This document shows positions 9,140 through 18,224 of a DNA stretch of 32,000 bases, piece after piece. The notes under the pieces are model-generated. The model saw nothing but the letters and a program-made list of their open reading frames with translations. It had not been told where the DNA came from and made no database searches. The position numbers and the translations under genes were made by a program. The stretch is from positions 840,001 through 872,000 of the forward strand of contig FP565575.1 in NCBI GenBank assembly GCA_000091165.1, read 5' to 3'. This stretch comes from Candidatus Methylomirabilis oxygeniifera. GTDB lineage: Bacteria > Methylomirabilota > Methylomirabilia > Methylomirabilales > Methylomirabilaceae. Numbering within the stretch: the first letter of the stretch is position 1; every line of letters begins with the position of its first letter.

Positions 9140-9628
9140 TTATAGTTTATAGCCGAACTGGCGGAGCAGCGCCTTTCGCGTGGTAATGTCGGTCTCCTGT
9201 TCAATCCCCTTTGGCGCCAACCCATCCACGACCCCGAGGATACCACGTCCGGTGGCCGTTTCAGCCAGAATCACCTCTACCGGATTAGCGGTCGCGCAAT
9301 AGATACCGCAGACCTCCGGCACCTGACGAATGACCGGCAGGACGTTAATCGGAAAGCAGTTTCGCAAGAAGATCAGAAAACTGTGACCGGCCCCGATGGC
9401 GAAGGCCGTGTTGCGCGCCAGCTCTACCAACGCCTGGTCGGTCCCGCTCCAGCGCACCAGGCACGGCCCGGAGGACTCGCAGAAAGCCACCCCGAATGCA
9501 ATGCCCGGCACGGCCGTCACAAGCGCCTCGTGCAGATCCTCGACGGTCTTGATGAAGTGGGCCTGTCCCAGGATCAGGTTGACCGCATCCGGCTTCTGGA
9601 TCGTGACTGAGATGAAGTTGACGGCCAT
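9140..9628 (-). CDS. Adenosine-specific kinase-like protein (DUF355)
   Basis: ITKPDAVNLILGQAHFIKTVEDLHEAL-type start, GIAFGVAFCESSGPCLVRWSGTD, NVLPVIRQVPEVCGIYCATANPVEVI. Confidence 0.8.
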   Translation of the reverse strand: MAVNFISVTIQKPDAVNLILGQAHFIKTVEDLHEALVTAVPGIAFGVAFCESSGPCLVRWSGTDQALVELARNTAFAIGAGHSFLIFLRNCFPINVLPVIRQVPEVCGIYCATANPVEVILAETATGRGILGVVDGLAPKGIEQETDITTRKALLRQFGYKL

Positions 9629-9674
9629 AGCTCCTCCCTATTATACTGACCCCCTTGAGAAGTAGACAGCGCTT

Positions 9675-10031
9675 GTGACAAACTGGGGCGACTCAACAAG
9701 GAGGTGTCGAATGGCCGAGTCGACCCTGACACAGAATCGCTGGACGATCACCCGCAAGACGGCTGTGGTGCTGGAACTATTGCGTGGTGGTGAGGCCGCG
9801 GAGCTGGCCCGCAGGTATGGGCTCAGCCAAGCCCAACTGTTTGCCTGGCGGGATCGGTTCCTGGAAGGCGGGCAGGCGGCGCTCAAGACGCGCCGGGGAC
9901 AGATCGACTCTGAGCGGGAGCGCCGCGTGCGGGAGCTGGAGCGCAAGGTGGGCCAGCTCACCCTGGAGAAGGAGCTGTTAAAAAAAACCGACGCGCTGAT
10001 CCGCCAACGTGGGCGGAGGTCGACCAGTTGA
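9675..10031 (+). CDS. IS3-family transposase OrfA (HTH)
   Basis: AAELARRYGLSQAQLFAWRDRFLEGG... plus leucine-zipper-like ELERKVGQLTLEKELLKK. Confidence 0.85.
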   Translation: MTNWGDSTRRCRMAESTLTQNRWTITRKTAVVLELLRGGEAAELARRYGLSQAQLFAWRDRFLEGGQAALKTRRGQIDSERERRVRELERKVGQLTLEKELLKKTDALIRQRGRRSTS

Positions 10032-10879
10032 GGGCGCAGGGTGCGCCGCTGAGTCTGGCGTGCCGGACACTGGGTGTCTCGCGCGCGGGCTTCTACAAAT
10101 GGCAGCGCGGCTCGGCGCCCACTTCCCCGCAGCAGGCGCCGTGTGACGAGCGCCTGGCCCAGCGGATCCGGAACATCCTGGACCGCGAGGAGACCTTCGG
10201 CTACCGGCGGGTGTGGGCCTGGCTGCGGTTCCAGGAGGGCGTCAGGGTGAATCGCAAGACGGTCCATCGGATCATGCAACGGAAAGGGTGGCAATGCCGC
10301 GTGTGGCACCGTCCAGCCCTGCGGCCCACGCCGACGTGGGAGAAGTGTTCGACGGTCCAGCAGCCGGACCGGCTCTGGGCCACCGATGCGACGAAGATCT
10401 GGTGTGGTCGGGATGGCTGGGCGAGTCTTATCGGCGTCCTCGACGCTGGCAGCCGCGAGTGCGTCGGCGCTCGGTTTGCCCGCCAGGGTCGGGCGATCGA
10501 AGCGGTCGATGCCCTGGAGCAAGGCATTCTCCAGTGCTATGGAAGTTTCGCCCACGTACCCGAGGGCCTGCGGCTTCGGCACGATAACGGTTCCATCTTC
10601 CTGGCCCGCCTGTTCGTTGGGACCACCCAGCAGCTTGCGATTACCCAGGAGTTTATCCCTCGATACTCCCCGGAGTACAACGGGGTCATTGAACGCTTCT
10701 TCCGCACCCTGAAGCAAGAATGTGTCTGGTTGCACCATTTCGAGTCCTTCGCGGAGGCCGAATCCATCATCATGGCCTGGATCGACCGCTACAACAGCGA
10801 GCGACAGCATTCGGCCCTGGGGTATCTCACCCCTCGGGTCTGGCGTGAACAGTTCTATCAACTCCCCCAGGCGGCATAA
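10028..10879 (+). CDS. IS3-family transposase OrfB (DDE integrase); -1 frame relative to OrfA
   Basis: LGVSRAGFYKW, WATDATKIW, DAGSRECVG, LRLRHDNGSIF, YNGVIERFFRTLKQECVW...YNSERQHSALGYLTP. Confidence 0.9.
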   Translation: MRAQGAPLSLACRTLGVSRAGFYKWQRGSAPTSPQQAPCDERLAQRIRNILDREETFGYRRVWAWLRFQEGVRVNRKTVHRIMQRKGWQCRVWHRPALRPTPTWEKCSTVQQPDRLWATDATKIWCGRDGWASLIGVLDAGSRECVGARFARQGRAIEAVDALEQGILQCYGSFAHVPEGLRLRHDNGSIFLARLFVGTTQQLAITQEFIPRYSPEYNGVIERFFRTLKQECVWLHHFESFAEAESIIMAWIDRYNSERQHSALGYLTPRVWREQFYQLPQAA

Positions 10880-11140
10880 GCCCTGTTGACTTTCAGGGGG
10901 GCACTACACTATAGCTAAGCAGCAACAGAAAGGGGCCGGGAAAGCCGCCGCTCTCACCAGCCCCACATGTCAGCCTCTCAAGCAAAGATAGTATACCACG
11001 AAGTCGCCGCCGGATGAGTCCGTCCACGACTCAGCTCCAGACCGGGTCATGCCGACGTCGCTTATAGGAGGTACATTGTGGAACCTCACGCACCGGGTGA
11101 GGAAGCACCCCGCTCTCATCCAGCGTGATAGTTAGGAGTC

Positions 11141-11620
11141 TTACGATTCGCGAAGGTCAAAATGAGTATCAACACGTACCGGCGATAGGTTAGCTATCTG
11201 GATTTCTTCGTGACAAAGGCTACAACGAAGAAATGCTTCGCCGTATGGCTGTAATATAGACTTCTTGCGCTGATTCATGCATGCTGCACAAAGGTAATGG
11301 GGTGGCTCTGTGTTCTCCAAGCCCGGCGTCAAACAAAAGGCGTATCCTCCAAAAGTGAACTGTATCAATTGGTATCGCTGCGACTCACTTTCCCAATTGT
11401 TGAGTTCTCGCAATTGGTTTTCAAGTTCAGTTATGCGATTGGAAAGAAGAGATTGCTTTTCTTGGGAAGAGAGAGCTATCGCGTTAGCTTGCATGAGCTT
11501 GGCGTTTACCTCCGAGACTGCGGCTACGATTTCGTTATAATTGGAAAGGTGCTGCGCAGCCTTAAGAAGGGTCATAAGAGCCTGGAGACTTTCGGATGCA
11601 TGCAAGAGTTCGTTAATCAT
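11141..11620 (-). CDS. Hypothetical protein, N-terminal coiled coil plus C-terminal zinc-ribbon-like CxxC...CxxC
   Basis: YLCAACMNQRKKSILQPYGEAFLRCSLCHEEIQI; AGGAG Shine-Dalgarno 7 nt before the ATG. Confidence 0.65.
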   Translation of the reverse strand: MINELLHASESLQALMTLLKAAQHLSNYNEIVAAVSEVNAKLMQANAIALSSQEKQSLLSNRITELENQLRELNNWESESQRYQLIQFTFGGYAFCLTPGLENTEPPHYLCAACMNQRKKSILQPYGEAFLRCSLCHEEIQIANLSPVRVDTHFDLRES

Positions 11621-11794
11621 AACTTGACTCCTATGTAATATCCAAGAGGCGCACCCCCTTGGAGTGAGAGGGTCTTGAACTCAACAATCATTTCTCGCGT
11701 ACCTGAGTGGAGGAGTCGTGCCAGTGCTTGCAAGCGCCGAGGCGTGCTGGTGTCGCGTACATCCTCGTCCAGACCGATGCTGCAGTGTGATCAG

Positions 11795-12907
11795 TCATTT
11801 TTTCCGATGAGACGTCATCCACTCACGTGCCAGATTCTGTGCCTCTCCTATTTGCTCTGGTGTCATGAGCCTCGCAACCTCGTCGCGGTCCCACCTGGAT
11901 TTCTGATCCTCTAACGAAGCTGCGATGTTGTACCATTTATGAGCGAGTACGAAGTCTTGAGGCGCGTGCCATCCCTTCTGGTATATAAAACCCAAGGTCC
12001 GAATTGCTGAAACGTAGCCCTGTTCGGCCGCCTTTTCCAAACAGCGGAGAGCTTCATCTATATCTTCTACAACTCCATCGCCACCTAGCCAACGCTCGCC
12101 AATCCAAAACTGGGCTTCTGCGTTGCCTTTTTCGGCAAGTGGCTTCTCTTCGAGGATTCGTTTCGCAACATAATCCCCGAGGTTGGCTGCCTTTCGATAA
12201 AGCTCCCTTGCCCTTTCTTCGTTCTTGGGCACTCCTTTTCCGTGCTCATACATGCTACCGAGCGCCACCAAAGCCCCGCGATTTCCCTTTTCGATTGCTC
12301 TCTCCAACCACTTGATTGCCACCAAGTAATTTTTGGCGACACCCTTCCCCTCTGCGTAAAGCCGACCTAAGCTCTCCATCCCAAGATGCTCACCATTATT
12401 GGCAGCTCGTTCAAACCATCTCCTTGCTTCGTAAAAGTCTTGGTCCACACCTTGACCGCCAATCTTTCCAACTCGATACATGGACCCTAACGTCCATTGT
12501 GCCATTGCGTGTTCTCGTTCTGCGGCCCTACGAAACCAACGTATCGCTTCTTGAGAATTCTGCCGGAACTCGTATAGAAGACCCAGCGAGTACTCCGACT
12601 CGCTTTTACCCTCTTCGGCAAAAGGGTGGAGATCGCGGATGCCGGTGTCGATAACAGACCTATAGTCTCCACCATGCTTGAGGGTTGCTCTTGCGAGTTC
12701 TAGGTATGATTGGCCAAGCCATTTCAAGACCTGGTTGTCGCCTACATGCGCCGAGGATCTAAACTCTCGAATTGCTGCCTCGTAATCGCCATTTCGGAAA
12801 GCGGACAGGCCCTGTAGAAAGTCAGTACTGGCGGGGCTGCTAATTGCAAGACCCGTCCACAAAGCGATACAGATGACGTTCAGACTGAGTAGTATCTTTT
12901 TCCGCAT
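11795..12907 (-). CDS. Sel1-repeat protein with signal peptide
   Basis: Start MRKKILLSLNVICIALWTGLAISSPA; repeats such as YEARRWFERAANNGEHLGMESLGRLYAEGKGVAKNYLVAIKWLERAIEKGNRGALVALGSMYEHGKGVPKN. The longer 13081 start runs into the IS inverted repeat. Confidence 0.85.
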   Translation of the reverse strand: MRKKILLSLNVICIALWTGLAISSPASTDFLQGLSAFRNGDYEAAIREFRSSAHVGDNQVLKWLGQSYLELARATLKHGGDYRSVIDTGIRDLHPFAEEGKSESEYSLGLLYEFRQNSQEAIRWFRRAAEREHAMAQWTLGSMYRVGKIGGQGVDQDFYEARRWFERAANNGEHLGMESLGRLYAEGKGVAKNYLVAIKWLERAIEKGNRGALVALGSMYEHGKGVPKNEERARELYRKAANLGDYVAKRILEEKPLAEKGNAEAQFWIGERWLGGDGVVEDIDEALRCLEKAAEQGYVSAIRTLGFIYQKGWHAPQDFVLAHKWYNIAASLEDQKSRWDRDEVARLMTPEQIGEAQNLAREWMTSHRKK

Positions 12908-13127
12908 CAGGATACCTACGATCCGATTTTCTTCCGTTACTATAGGTACTATAGGCCACAGTCCATGGGCTGTGTCGGTCGCGCGGGGGCAACCTGATTT
13001 CAAGGGAGTTGCTCCGCGAACTCTTACGGCGATGCAGTGTTTTGATTGCCCAAGCCCTCTGTGCCAATAATAGTGAGACACCTGCCCCCCTGTAAATTAG
13101 AGTAGAGGGTAGGGAGGAACACACATC

Positions 13128-13631
13128 ATGAGAACTGGACCGATCACAGCTTCCCAGGGCAGCGCAGTCGCCCGCCGAGTCCCCGCACGTCCGTGGCCTG
13201 GCACCGCACGCCCCGCCGAGCCGCAGCGGGTGGTCCCAGCAGTCCCACCCGATCCCGAGGTGCCCACAAAGCCGGCACGACGACGGTTCACCGCAGCCGA
13301 GAAGCTCCGCATCTTGAGACTCGCCGATGCCTGCACGGTGTCGGGGAGCCTGGGGGCGCTCTTACGCAAGGAGGGGCTGTACTCGTCGAACCTCACCACC
13401 TGGCGCCGACAGCGGGACGCGGGCACCCTGTCCGCCCTCACGCCCCAGAAGCGGGGCCGCAAACCGTCGATCCGCAGTCCACTCGCCCAGGAGCATGAGC
13501 AGCTTCGTCGGGAGAACGAACGGCTGACGCGGCGGCTCCGACAGGCCGAGCTCATCATTGATGTTCAAAAAAAAGTTTCGCAGATCCTGGGGATCCCCCT
13601 GGCGACCTCCGAGGCAGGAGGCAGCGACTGA
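13128..13631 (+). CDS. IS3-family transposase OrfA
   Basis: RRRFTAAEKLRILRLADACTVSGSLGALLRKEGLYSSNLTTWRRQRDAG...ENERLTRRLRQAELIIDVQKKVSQILG. Confidence 0.85.
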   Translation: MRTGPITASQGSAVARRVPARPWPGTARPAEPQRVVPAVPPDPEVPTKPARRRFTAAEKLRILRLADACTVSGSLGALLRKEGLYSSNLTTWRRQRDAGTLSALTPQKRGRKPSIRSPLAQEHEQLRRENERLTRRLRQAELIIDVQKKVSQILGIPLATSEAGGSD

Positions 13632-14635
13632 TGGGCGCCGCGCAGACTCTGGCCTCCGAGGTAGGGATCAAACCGGCCTGCGACGCGTTCGGCACTTCTC
13701 GTGCCGGCTTCTACCGCGCCCAGACACGAACGCACGCTCCGATGGTGGAGCCAACGAGGCGCCCCAGCCCTCCACGGGCGCTGTCCGCCGATGAACGGCA
13801 GGGCGTGCTCGACCTGCTGCACGCCGACCGGTTTGCCGACCAGGCGCCCCATGAGGTCTATGCGACCCTCCTGGACGAAGGCGACTACCGCTGCTCCATC
13901 CGCACCATGTACCGACTCCTCAACGACCACACCGAGGTCAAAGAACGCCGGAACCAGTTGCGCCATCCGGTATATCAGAAACCGGAACTGCTGGCCACGG
14001 CCCCGAACCAGGTCTGGTCGTGGGACATTACGAAGCTCCTCAGCCCGGTGACGTGGTCCTACTTCTACCTCTATGTGATCCTGGACATTTTCAGCCGGTA
14101 CGTCGTCGGCTGGATGGTCGCCTTGGCGGAATCGGCCGCCTTGGCCGAACGACTCATCCGTGAGACCTGCGCCAAACAGGGGATCGACAAAGGGCAGCTC
14201 ACGATCCATGCGGACCGGGGCTCCTCCATGACCTCCAAGCCCGTGGCGTTCCTGTTGGCCGATCTGGGCGTCACCAAAACCCACAGCCGGCCGCATACGA
14301 GTGATGACAACCCGTACTCGGAAAGTCAGTTCAAGACCCTCAAGTACCGACCGGACTTCCCGGAACGGTTCGGGTGCATCGAGGATGCCCGGGGCTTCTG
14401 TCAGGACTTCTTCACCTGGTATAACACCGCGCATCGGCATACGGGCATTGGTCTCCTGACACCGGAGGTCCTGCACTACGGCTTGGCGGACGAGGTCCGC
14501 GCGGCTCGCGCCGCGATCCTGCAGGCCGCCTATGAAACCCATCCGGAGCGGTTCGTCCGCAAGGTGCCGGTTCCCCCGGCGCTTCCGGAGGCCGCGTGGA
14601 TTAACAAACCGAAGCCGATGGATACCGAGCGATGA
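13631..14635 (+). CDS. IS3-family transposase OrfB (DDE)
   Basis: VWSWDITKLLSPVTWSYFYLYVILDIFSRYVVGWMVA, LTIHADRGSSMTSKPVAFLLADLGV, SRPHTSDDNPYSESQFKTLKYRPDFPERF; overlaps OrfA stop by 1 nt. Confidence 0.93.
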   Translation: MGAAQTLASEVGIKPACDAFGTSRAGFYRAQTRTHAPMVEPTRRPSPPRALSADERQGVLDLLHADRFADQAPHEVYATLLDEGDYRCSIRTMYRLLNDHTEVKERRNQLRHPVYQKPELLATAPNQVWSWDITKLLSPVTWSYFYLYVILDIFSRYVVGWMVALAESAALAERLIRETCAKQGIDKGQLTIHADRGSSMTSKPVAFLLADLGVTKTHSRPHTSDDNPYSESQFKTLKYRPDFPERFGCIEDARGFCQDFFTWYNTAHRHTGIGLLTPEVLHYGLADEVRAARAAILQAAYETHPERFVRKVPVPPALPEAAWINKPKPMDTER

Positions 14636-14758
14636 GGCGCGACACTAAATTCGGACACCAGGTGTCTCAAAATCATTGACACATTCCGAGCTTATCAACT
14701 GGTGTGAGCGGATCAACGTTCACGAGTAGCCCCGTCGGGCAGTAGGAGACATCCGACC

Positions 14759-14998
14759 TTACGATCCCATCTGAATCTCAAAGTCAGTGAAGCCTTCCTG
14801 TCCAATGTAAGTGATGGCGCTCAGTGTAATGTTTCGCGCTTTTGCGAACCGCTCGGCTTCCGCAAAGGAGTAGAACTTTGCAGCGCGGGATCGTATGCCA
14901 GTGATGGTTCCGTCTTGGGCGATGTAGCAAGTTCCGGGGCCACCGTGTTGCTGAGGGCCAGCAAAGATCACAAACAAGGTCTTACGCTTTGGCGACAT
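14759..14998 (-). CDS. Hypothetical 79-aa protein
   Basis: Shine-Dalgarno GGAGG just upstream of the ATG; MSPKRKTLFVIFAGPQQHGGPGTCYIAQDGTITGIRSRAAKFYSFAEAERFAKARN... Confidence 0.55.
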   Translation of the reverse strand: MSPKRKTLFVIFAGPQQHGGPGTCYIAQDGTITGIRSRAAKFYSFAEAERFAKARNITLSAITYIGQEGFTDFEIQMGS

Positions 14999-15200
14999 TG
15001 CACCTCCGCCCCTTTAATTAACAAAACTGATCGGCCTATCCCAGCCAACCGTTTCTTAACCATAGCAAATGGTACAACCTTCTTGCGTGGTGAGCAACAA
15101 ATCCTACGCGTGCGGACGATGGCAGACGCTGCGCCTATGTCAGACTATCCAGTCTTCTAATAGCGAGCCACACCTCTGGACCCTGGAATAGGGCGGTTGT

Positions 15201-15593
15201 TTACGCCATACGGTTGAGCGGCTCCAGATGAGCTATTTCGACAGCCCTCGTGCTGCGCATCGCGTACCACAGATCCCAATCCTGCTGAAGCCCCAGCCAG
15301 AAGTCTGCCGACATTCCCACCACGCGGGCCAGTCGCAGGGCCGTATCAGGGGTGACGCTCCGCTTGCCGCGAACGATTTCATTCAACCGAGGGAAGGAGA
15401 TGCCGAGACGCGCTGCCATAGCCGACTGGGTGATCCCCAATGGCTTGAGGAACTCCTCAAGCAGCATCTCCCCTGGATGGGTTGGAGGCCTCTCGCGCGG
15501 TAGTCGCCGGCCGGCAAGCCCTCCTGTACGAGCCGCCTCATGACCGGTAGCCCGCTTGCTAGTGATAGTCCGTGATTTCGACATCGTCTGCAT
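15201..15593 (-). CDS. higA: HigA-type antitoxin (HTH XRE)
   Basis: HPGEMLLEEFLKPLGITQSAMAARLGISFPRLNEIVRGKRSVTPDTALRLARVVGMSADFWLGLQQDWDLW; downstream of and overlapping the HigB-like ORF. Exact start (15593 or 15584) uncertain. Confidence 0.9.
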   Translation of the reverse strand: MQTMSKSRTITSKRATGHEAARTGGLAGRRLPRERPPTHPGEMLLEEFLKPLGITQSAMAARLGISFPRLNEIVRGKRSVTPDTALRLARVVGMSADFWLGLQQDWDLWYAMRSTRAVEIAHLEPLNRMA

Positions 15594-15852
15594 AACCGTT
15601 TTCCCATGAAAAACAGATTCTGTATTGATCGTTGATCCTGATGGCGTGCTGCCCGCTCCGGTCACCGTGGAGACGTTCCAAGTGGTTCCCTGGGGGTCTC
15701 GCCAGCTCTTTGAGATCACGTACCCGGTTCAGTTGGTCCAGCTTCCGACGGGCAACAGGCCACACGGCGCTGGGGCAGGTCCTGCGTGCTGATGGGCTGT
15801 CCGAACCGTCGAAGACGGCTTTAGTGCCCTGGTCCCGGAATGAGCGTATCAC
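15559..15852 (-). CDS. higB: HigB/RelE-type toxin, GTG start
   Basis: MIRSFRDQGTKAVF...ARRKLDQLNRVRDLKELARPPGNHLERLHGDRSGQHAIRINDQYRICFSWENGYADDVEITDYH. Confidence 0.9.
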   Translation of the reverse strand: MIRSFRDQGTKAVFDGSDSPSARRTCPSAVWPVARRKLDQLNRVRDLKELARPPGNHLERLHGDRSGQHAIRINDQYRICFSWENGYADDVEITDYH

Positions 15853-15859
15853 ATATCAT

Positions 15860-15887
15860 ATTATAACGAATACCAGGAAGAGTGCAA
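15860..15887 (-). promoter_or_regulatory. Predicted sigma-70 promoter for higBA
   Basis: Minus strand TTGCAC (15887-15882) - 16 nt - TATAAT (15865-15860), immediately upstream of the HigB GTG. Confidence 0.7.
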
Positions 15888-15941
15888 GGTTGGGGTGAGC
15901 CTGCGGGCTGCGCATTAAGCGTGCGCCACGCCAAGTACGGG

Positions 15942-18224
15942 CTACAGGTAATGGCCGAGAGCGGAGTCCTTTTGCGGTACCGCCTGGCGCAGGCGCTTGC
16001 CGACTTCGGCGTACTCCCGCTCCATCGCCTCGGTGACGGACGGAAGTGTCTCGGCAAGTGCGGCCAGGAAGTCGGCGTGCGTGACCGCCTTGGCCTCCAG
16101 GTCCTTGCGTAGGGCAAGCTGGGCGGCGCGCATGCAGATCAAAGCCAGGTCGGCCCCGGTAAACCGGTCGGTCCTGCGGACAAGGTCCTTCAGGTCCACG
16201 TCGTCGGCGAGGGCCATGTGACGGGTGTGAACAGCGAGGATCTCGTGACGGGCGGCGGCGTCAGGGACCGGAACGTAGACCAGCGCATCAAAGCGCCCGG
16301 GGCGCAGCAGCGCCGGATCGATGAGGTCGGGCCGGTTGGTGGCCCCCAGGATGACCACCCCGCGCAGCTCCTCCAGGCCGTCCAACTCGGAGAGGAGTTG
16401 GTTGACGATCCGCTCGGTCACATGCGGTTCGCCTGCCGCCGTCCCGCGTCGCGGCACAAGGGCATCCACCTCGTCGAAGAATACGATGGCGGGGGCCACC
16501 TGGCGGGCTTTGGCGAAGAACTCTCGAATACGCTGTTCCGACTCGCCGTACCATTTGGAGAGTAGGTCGCTCCCTTTGGCCAGCATGAAGTTGGCCTTCG
16601 CCTCGTTGGCGACGGCCTTGGCCAGAAGGGTTTTTCCTGTCCCTGGCGGACCATACAGCAGGACGCCTTTGGGCGGCTTGATGCCGAGGCGCTCGAAGGC
16701 CTGAGGATGGGTCAGCGGCAGTTCCACAGTCTCCCGAAGGGCCCGTTTGACATCGGCCAGGCCGCCGACATCGCTCCAGGTCACCCGAGGAACCTCGATC
16801 AACAGCTCCCGAAGGGCCGAAGGGCGGATCCGCCGTAACGCCTGGTTAAAGTCCTCGTGGGTGACGACCAGACGCTGCAGGACCTCGGCGGGGAATGTTT
16901 CAAGCCTGAGATCCAACTCCGGGAGGATGCGCCGGAGCGCATTCAGGGCCGCCTCACGGCAAAGGGCGGCCAAGTCCGAACCAACACAGCCGTGCGTGAG
17001 GTCCGCCACCCAATCCAGGTTGACATCCGGGGCAAGCGGCATGGCCCGCGTGTGAATCGTGAGAATCTGACGGCGCCCATTACGGTTGGGCACCCGCAGC
17101 TCAATCTCCCGGTCGAAGCGGCCTGGGCGGCGTAACGCCAGATCGATCGCGCCGACGCGGTTGGTGGCTCCGATGACGATCACATTACCGCGCGGCGTCA
17201 GGCCGTCCATTAATGTCAACAGTTGGGCCACGACCCGCCGTTCTACCTCGCCCATCACCGCCTCGCGCTTGGGGGCGATCGAGTCAAGCTCATCGATAAA
17301 AATAATGGCGGGCGGGTTCTCCTGCCCCTCCTGGAAGATCGCGCGAAGGCGTTCCTCCGATTCGCCGTAGAAACGTCCCATGATTTCGGGTCCATTGATG
17401 GTGGCGAAGTGGGCCTTGGCTTCATTGGCCAGGGCCTGGGCGAGGAGGGTCTTACCGGTCCCCGGAGGGCCGTGCAGGAGCACGCCTTTGGGCGGCGCAA
17501 TCCCAAGCCGATCGAACAGTTCCGGATGTTTGAGCGGCAGCTCCACAACCTCCCGGATCTCATTGATGACGTCGCCAAGCCCGCCGATGTCGTCGTAGGT
17601 GATATCCGGAAGGTGGGCCTCTTTGGTCTCGACAAACTCAGGGAGGAGTTCTACCTCGGTTTGGGGATTGATGCGCACAATGCCGGATGGGACGGTGCCC
17701 GCGACGACCAGGCGCACCTCGCCCAAGCCGATTGCCAGTGAGCCGAGTAAGCCACGGAAGAGTTCCTCCGGGTACATCCCGGGTGGGACAATCTCCTTGG
17801 AACGTGAGGCTGTTCCGACCGAGATCAGGTCGCCACGAACGACAGGACGGTAGAGCAGCGCCTGGCGGAGTACCTCGCCTGGGGCGACGGCGCGCAAGCC
17901 CTTGCGGGCGGGCGCCAGCGTCACCTTTTGCGCATCCCGCCAGACGGCCTTGCGGACCTGCACGTAATCGCCTATGCTGGCATGCGCATTCGTGCGAATC
18001 ACGCCATCGACCCGGACCACATCCAGGCCTTGATCGGCTGAGCGGGCCGCCGCCACCAGGGCTGCCGTTTCCCGATCCCCGATAATGGAGACAATCTCGC
18101 CCCGTTCCAACTCCAGGACGGCAAAGGCTGCGTCGCTGACGCGGACAATCCCGCGACCGACGTCCTCCTGGCCGGCTTCAGCCACCTTCAGGCGAATGTC
18201 TCCCTCCACGTGAGGCTGTTGCAT
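15942..18224 (-). CDS. CDC48/VAT-type AAA ATPase with two AAA domains
   Basis: N-domain-like start; two GPPGTGKT Walker A motifs, IIFIDELDSIAPKR, and SGY...ESEQRIREFFAKARQVAPAIVFFDEVDALVPRRG-type D2 with SRF elements. Confidence 0.93.
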   Translation of the reverse strand: MQQPHVEGDIRLKVAEAGQEDVGRGIVRVSDAAFAVLELERGEIVSIIGDRETAALVAAARSADQGLDVVRVDGVIRTNAHASIGDYVQVRKAVWRDAQKVTLAPARKGLRAVAPGEVLRQALLYRPVVRGDLISVGTASRSKEIVPPGMYPEELFRGLLGSLAIGLGEVRLVVAGTVPSGIVRINPQTEVELLPEFVETKEAHLPDITYDDIGGLGDVINEIREVVELPLKHPELFDRLGIAPPKGVLLHGPPGTGKTLLAQALANEAKAHFATINGPEIMGRFYGESEERLRAIFQEGQENPPAIIFIDELDSIAPKREAVMGEVERRVVAQLLTLMDGLTPRGNVIVIGATNRVGAIDLALRRPGRFDREIELRVPNRNGRRQILTIHTRAMPLAPDVNLDWVADLTHGCVGSDLAALCREAALNALRRILPELDLRLETFPAEVLQRLVVTHEDFNQALRRIRPSALRELLIEVPRVTWSDVGGLADVKRALRETVELPLTHPQAFERLGIKPPKGVLLYGPPGTGKTLLAKAVANEAKANFMLAKGSDLLSKWYGESEQRIREFFAKARQVAPAIVFFDEVDALVPRRGTAAGEPHVTERIVNQLLSELDGLEELRGVVILGATNRPDLIDPALLRPGRFDALVYVPVPDAAARHEILAVHTRHMALADDVDLKDLVRRTDRFTGADLALICMRAAQLALRKDLEAKAVTHADFLAALAETLPSVTEAMEREYAEVGKRLRQAVPQKDSALGHYL

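Larger units (their letters stand above)
9647..10903 (+). mobile_element. IS3-family insertion sequence, element 1
   Basis: Imperfect terminal IRs TGACCCCCTTGAGAAGTAGAC / TGCCCCCCTGAAAGTCAAC (right end reverse complement) around orfA/orfB; no clear target duplication found. Confidence 0.85.
13074..14669 (+). mobile_element. IS3-family insertion sequence, element 2
   Basis: Terminal IRs TGAGACACCTG (13074) and CAGGTGTCTCA (ends 14669), 11 bp perfect with degenerate continuation; no target duplication seen. Confidence 0.88.

Noticed and set aside
9641-10861. 406-aa minus-strand ORF across IS element 1
   Set aside because: Antisense shadow of the transposase genes, which carry clear DDE and HTH motifs.
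13565-14542. 325-aa minus-strand ORF inside IS element 2
   Set aside because: Antisense to OrfB, no domain signal.
11141-14998. Accessory island as a described anti-phage defence system
   Set aside because: The Sel1-repeat, zinc-ribbon and small hypothetical proteins lack recognisable nuclease, NTPase or NAD-active motifs, and they are split by an IS; kept only as an accessory-region observation.
17223-17741. 172-aa plus-strand ORF within the CDC48 locus
   Set aside because: Antisense to conserved AAA D1 sequence.
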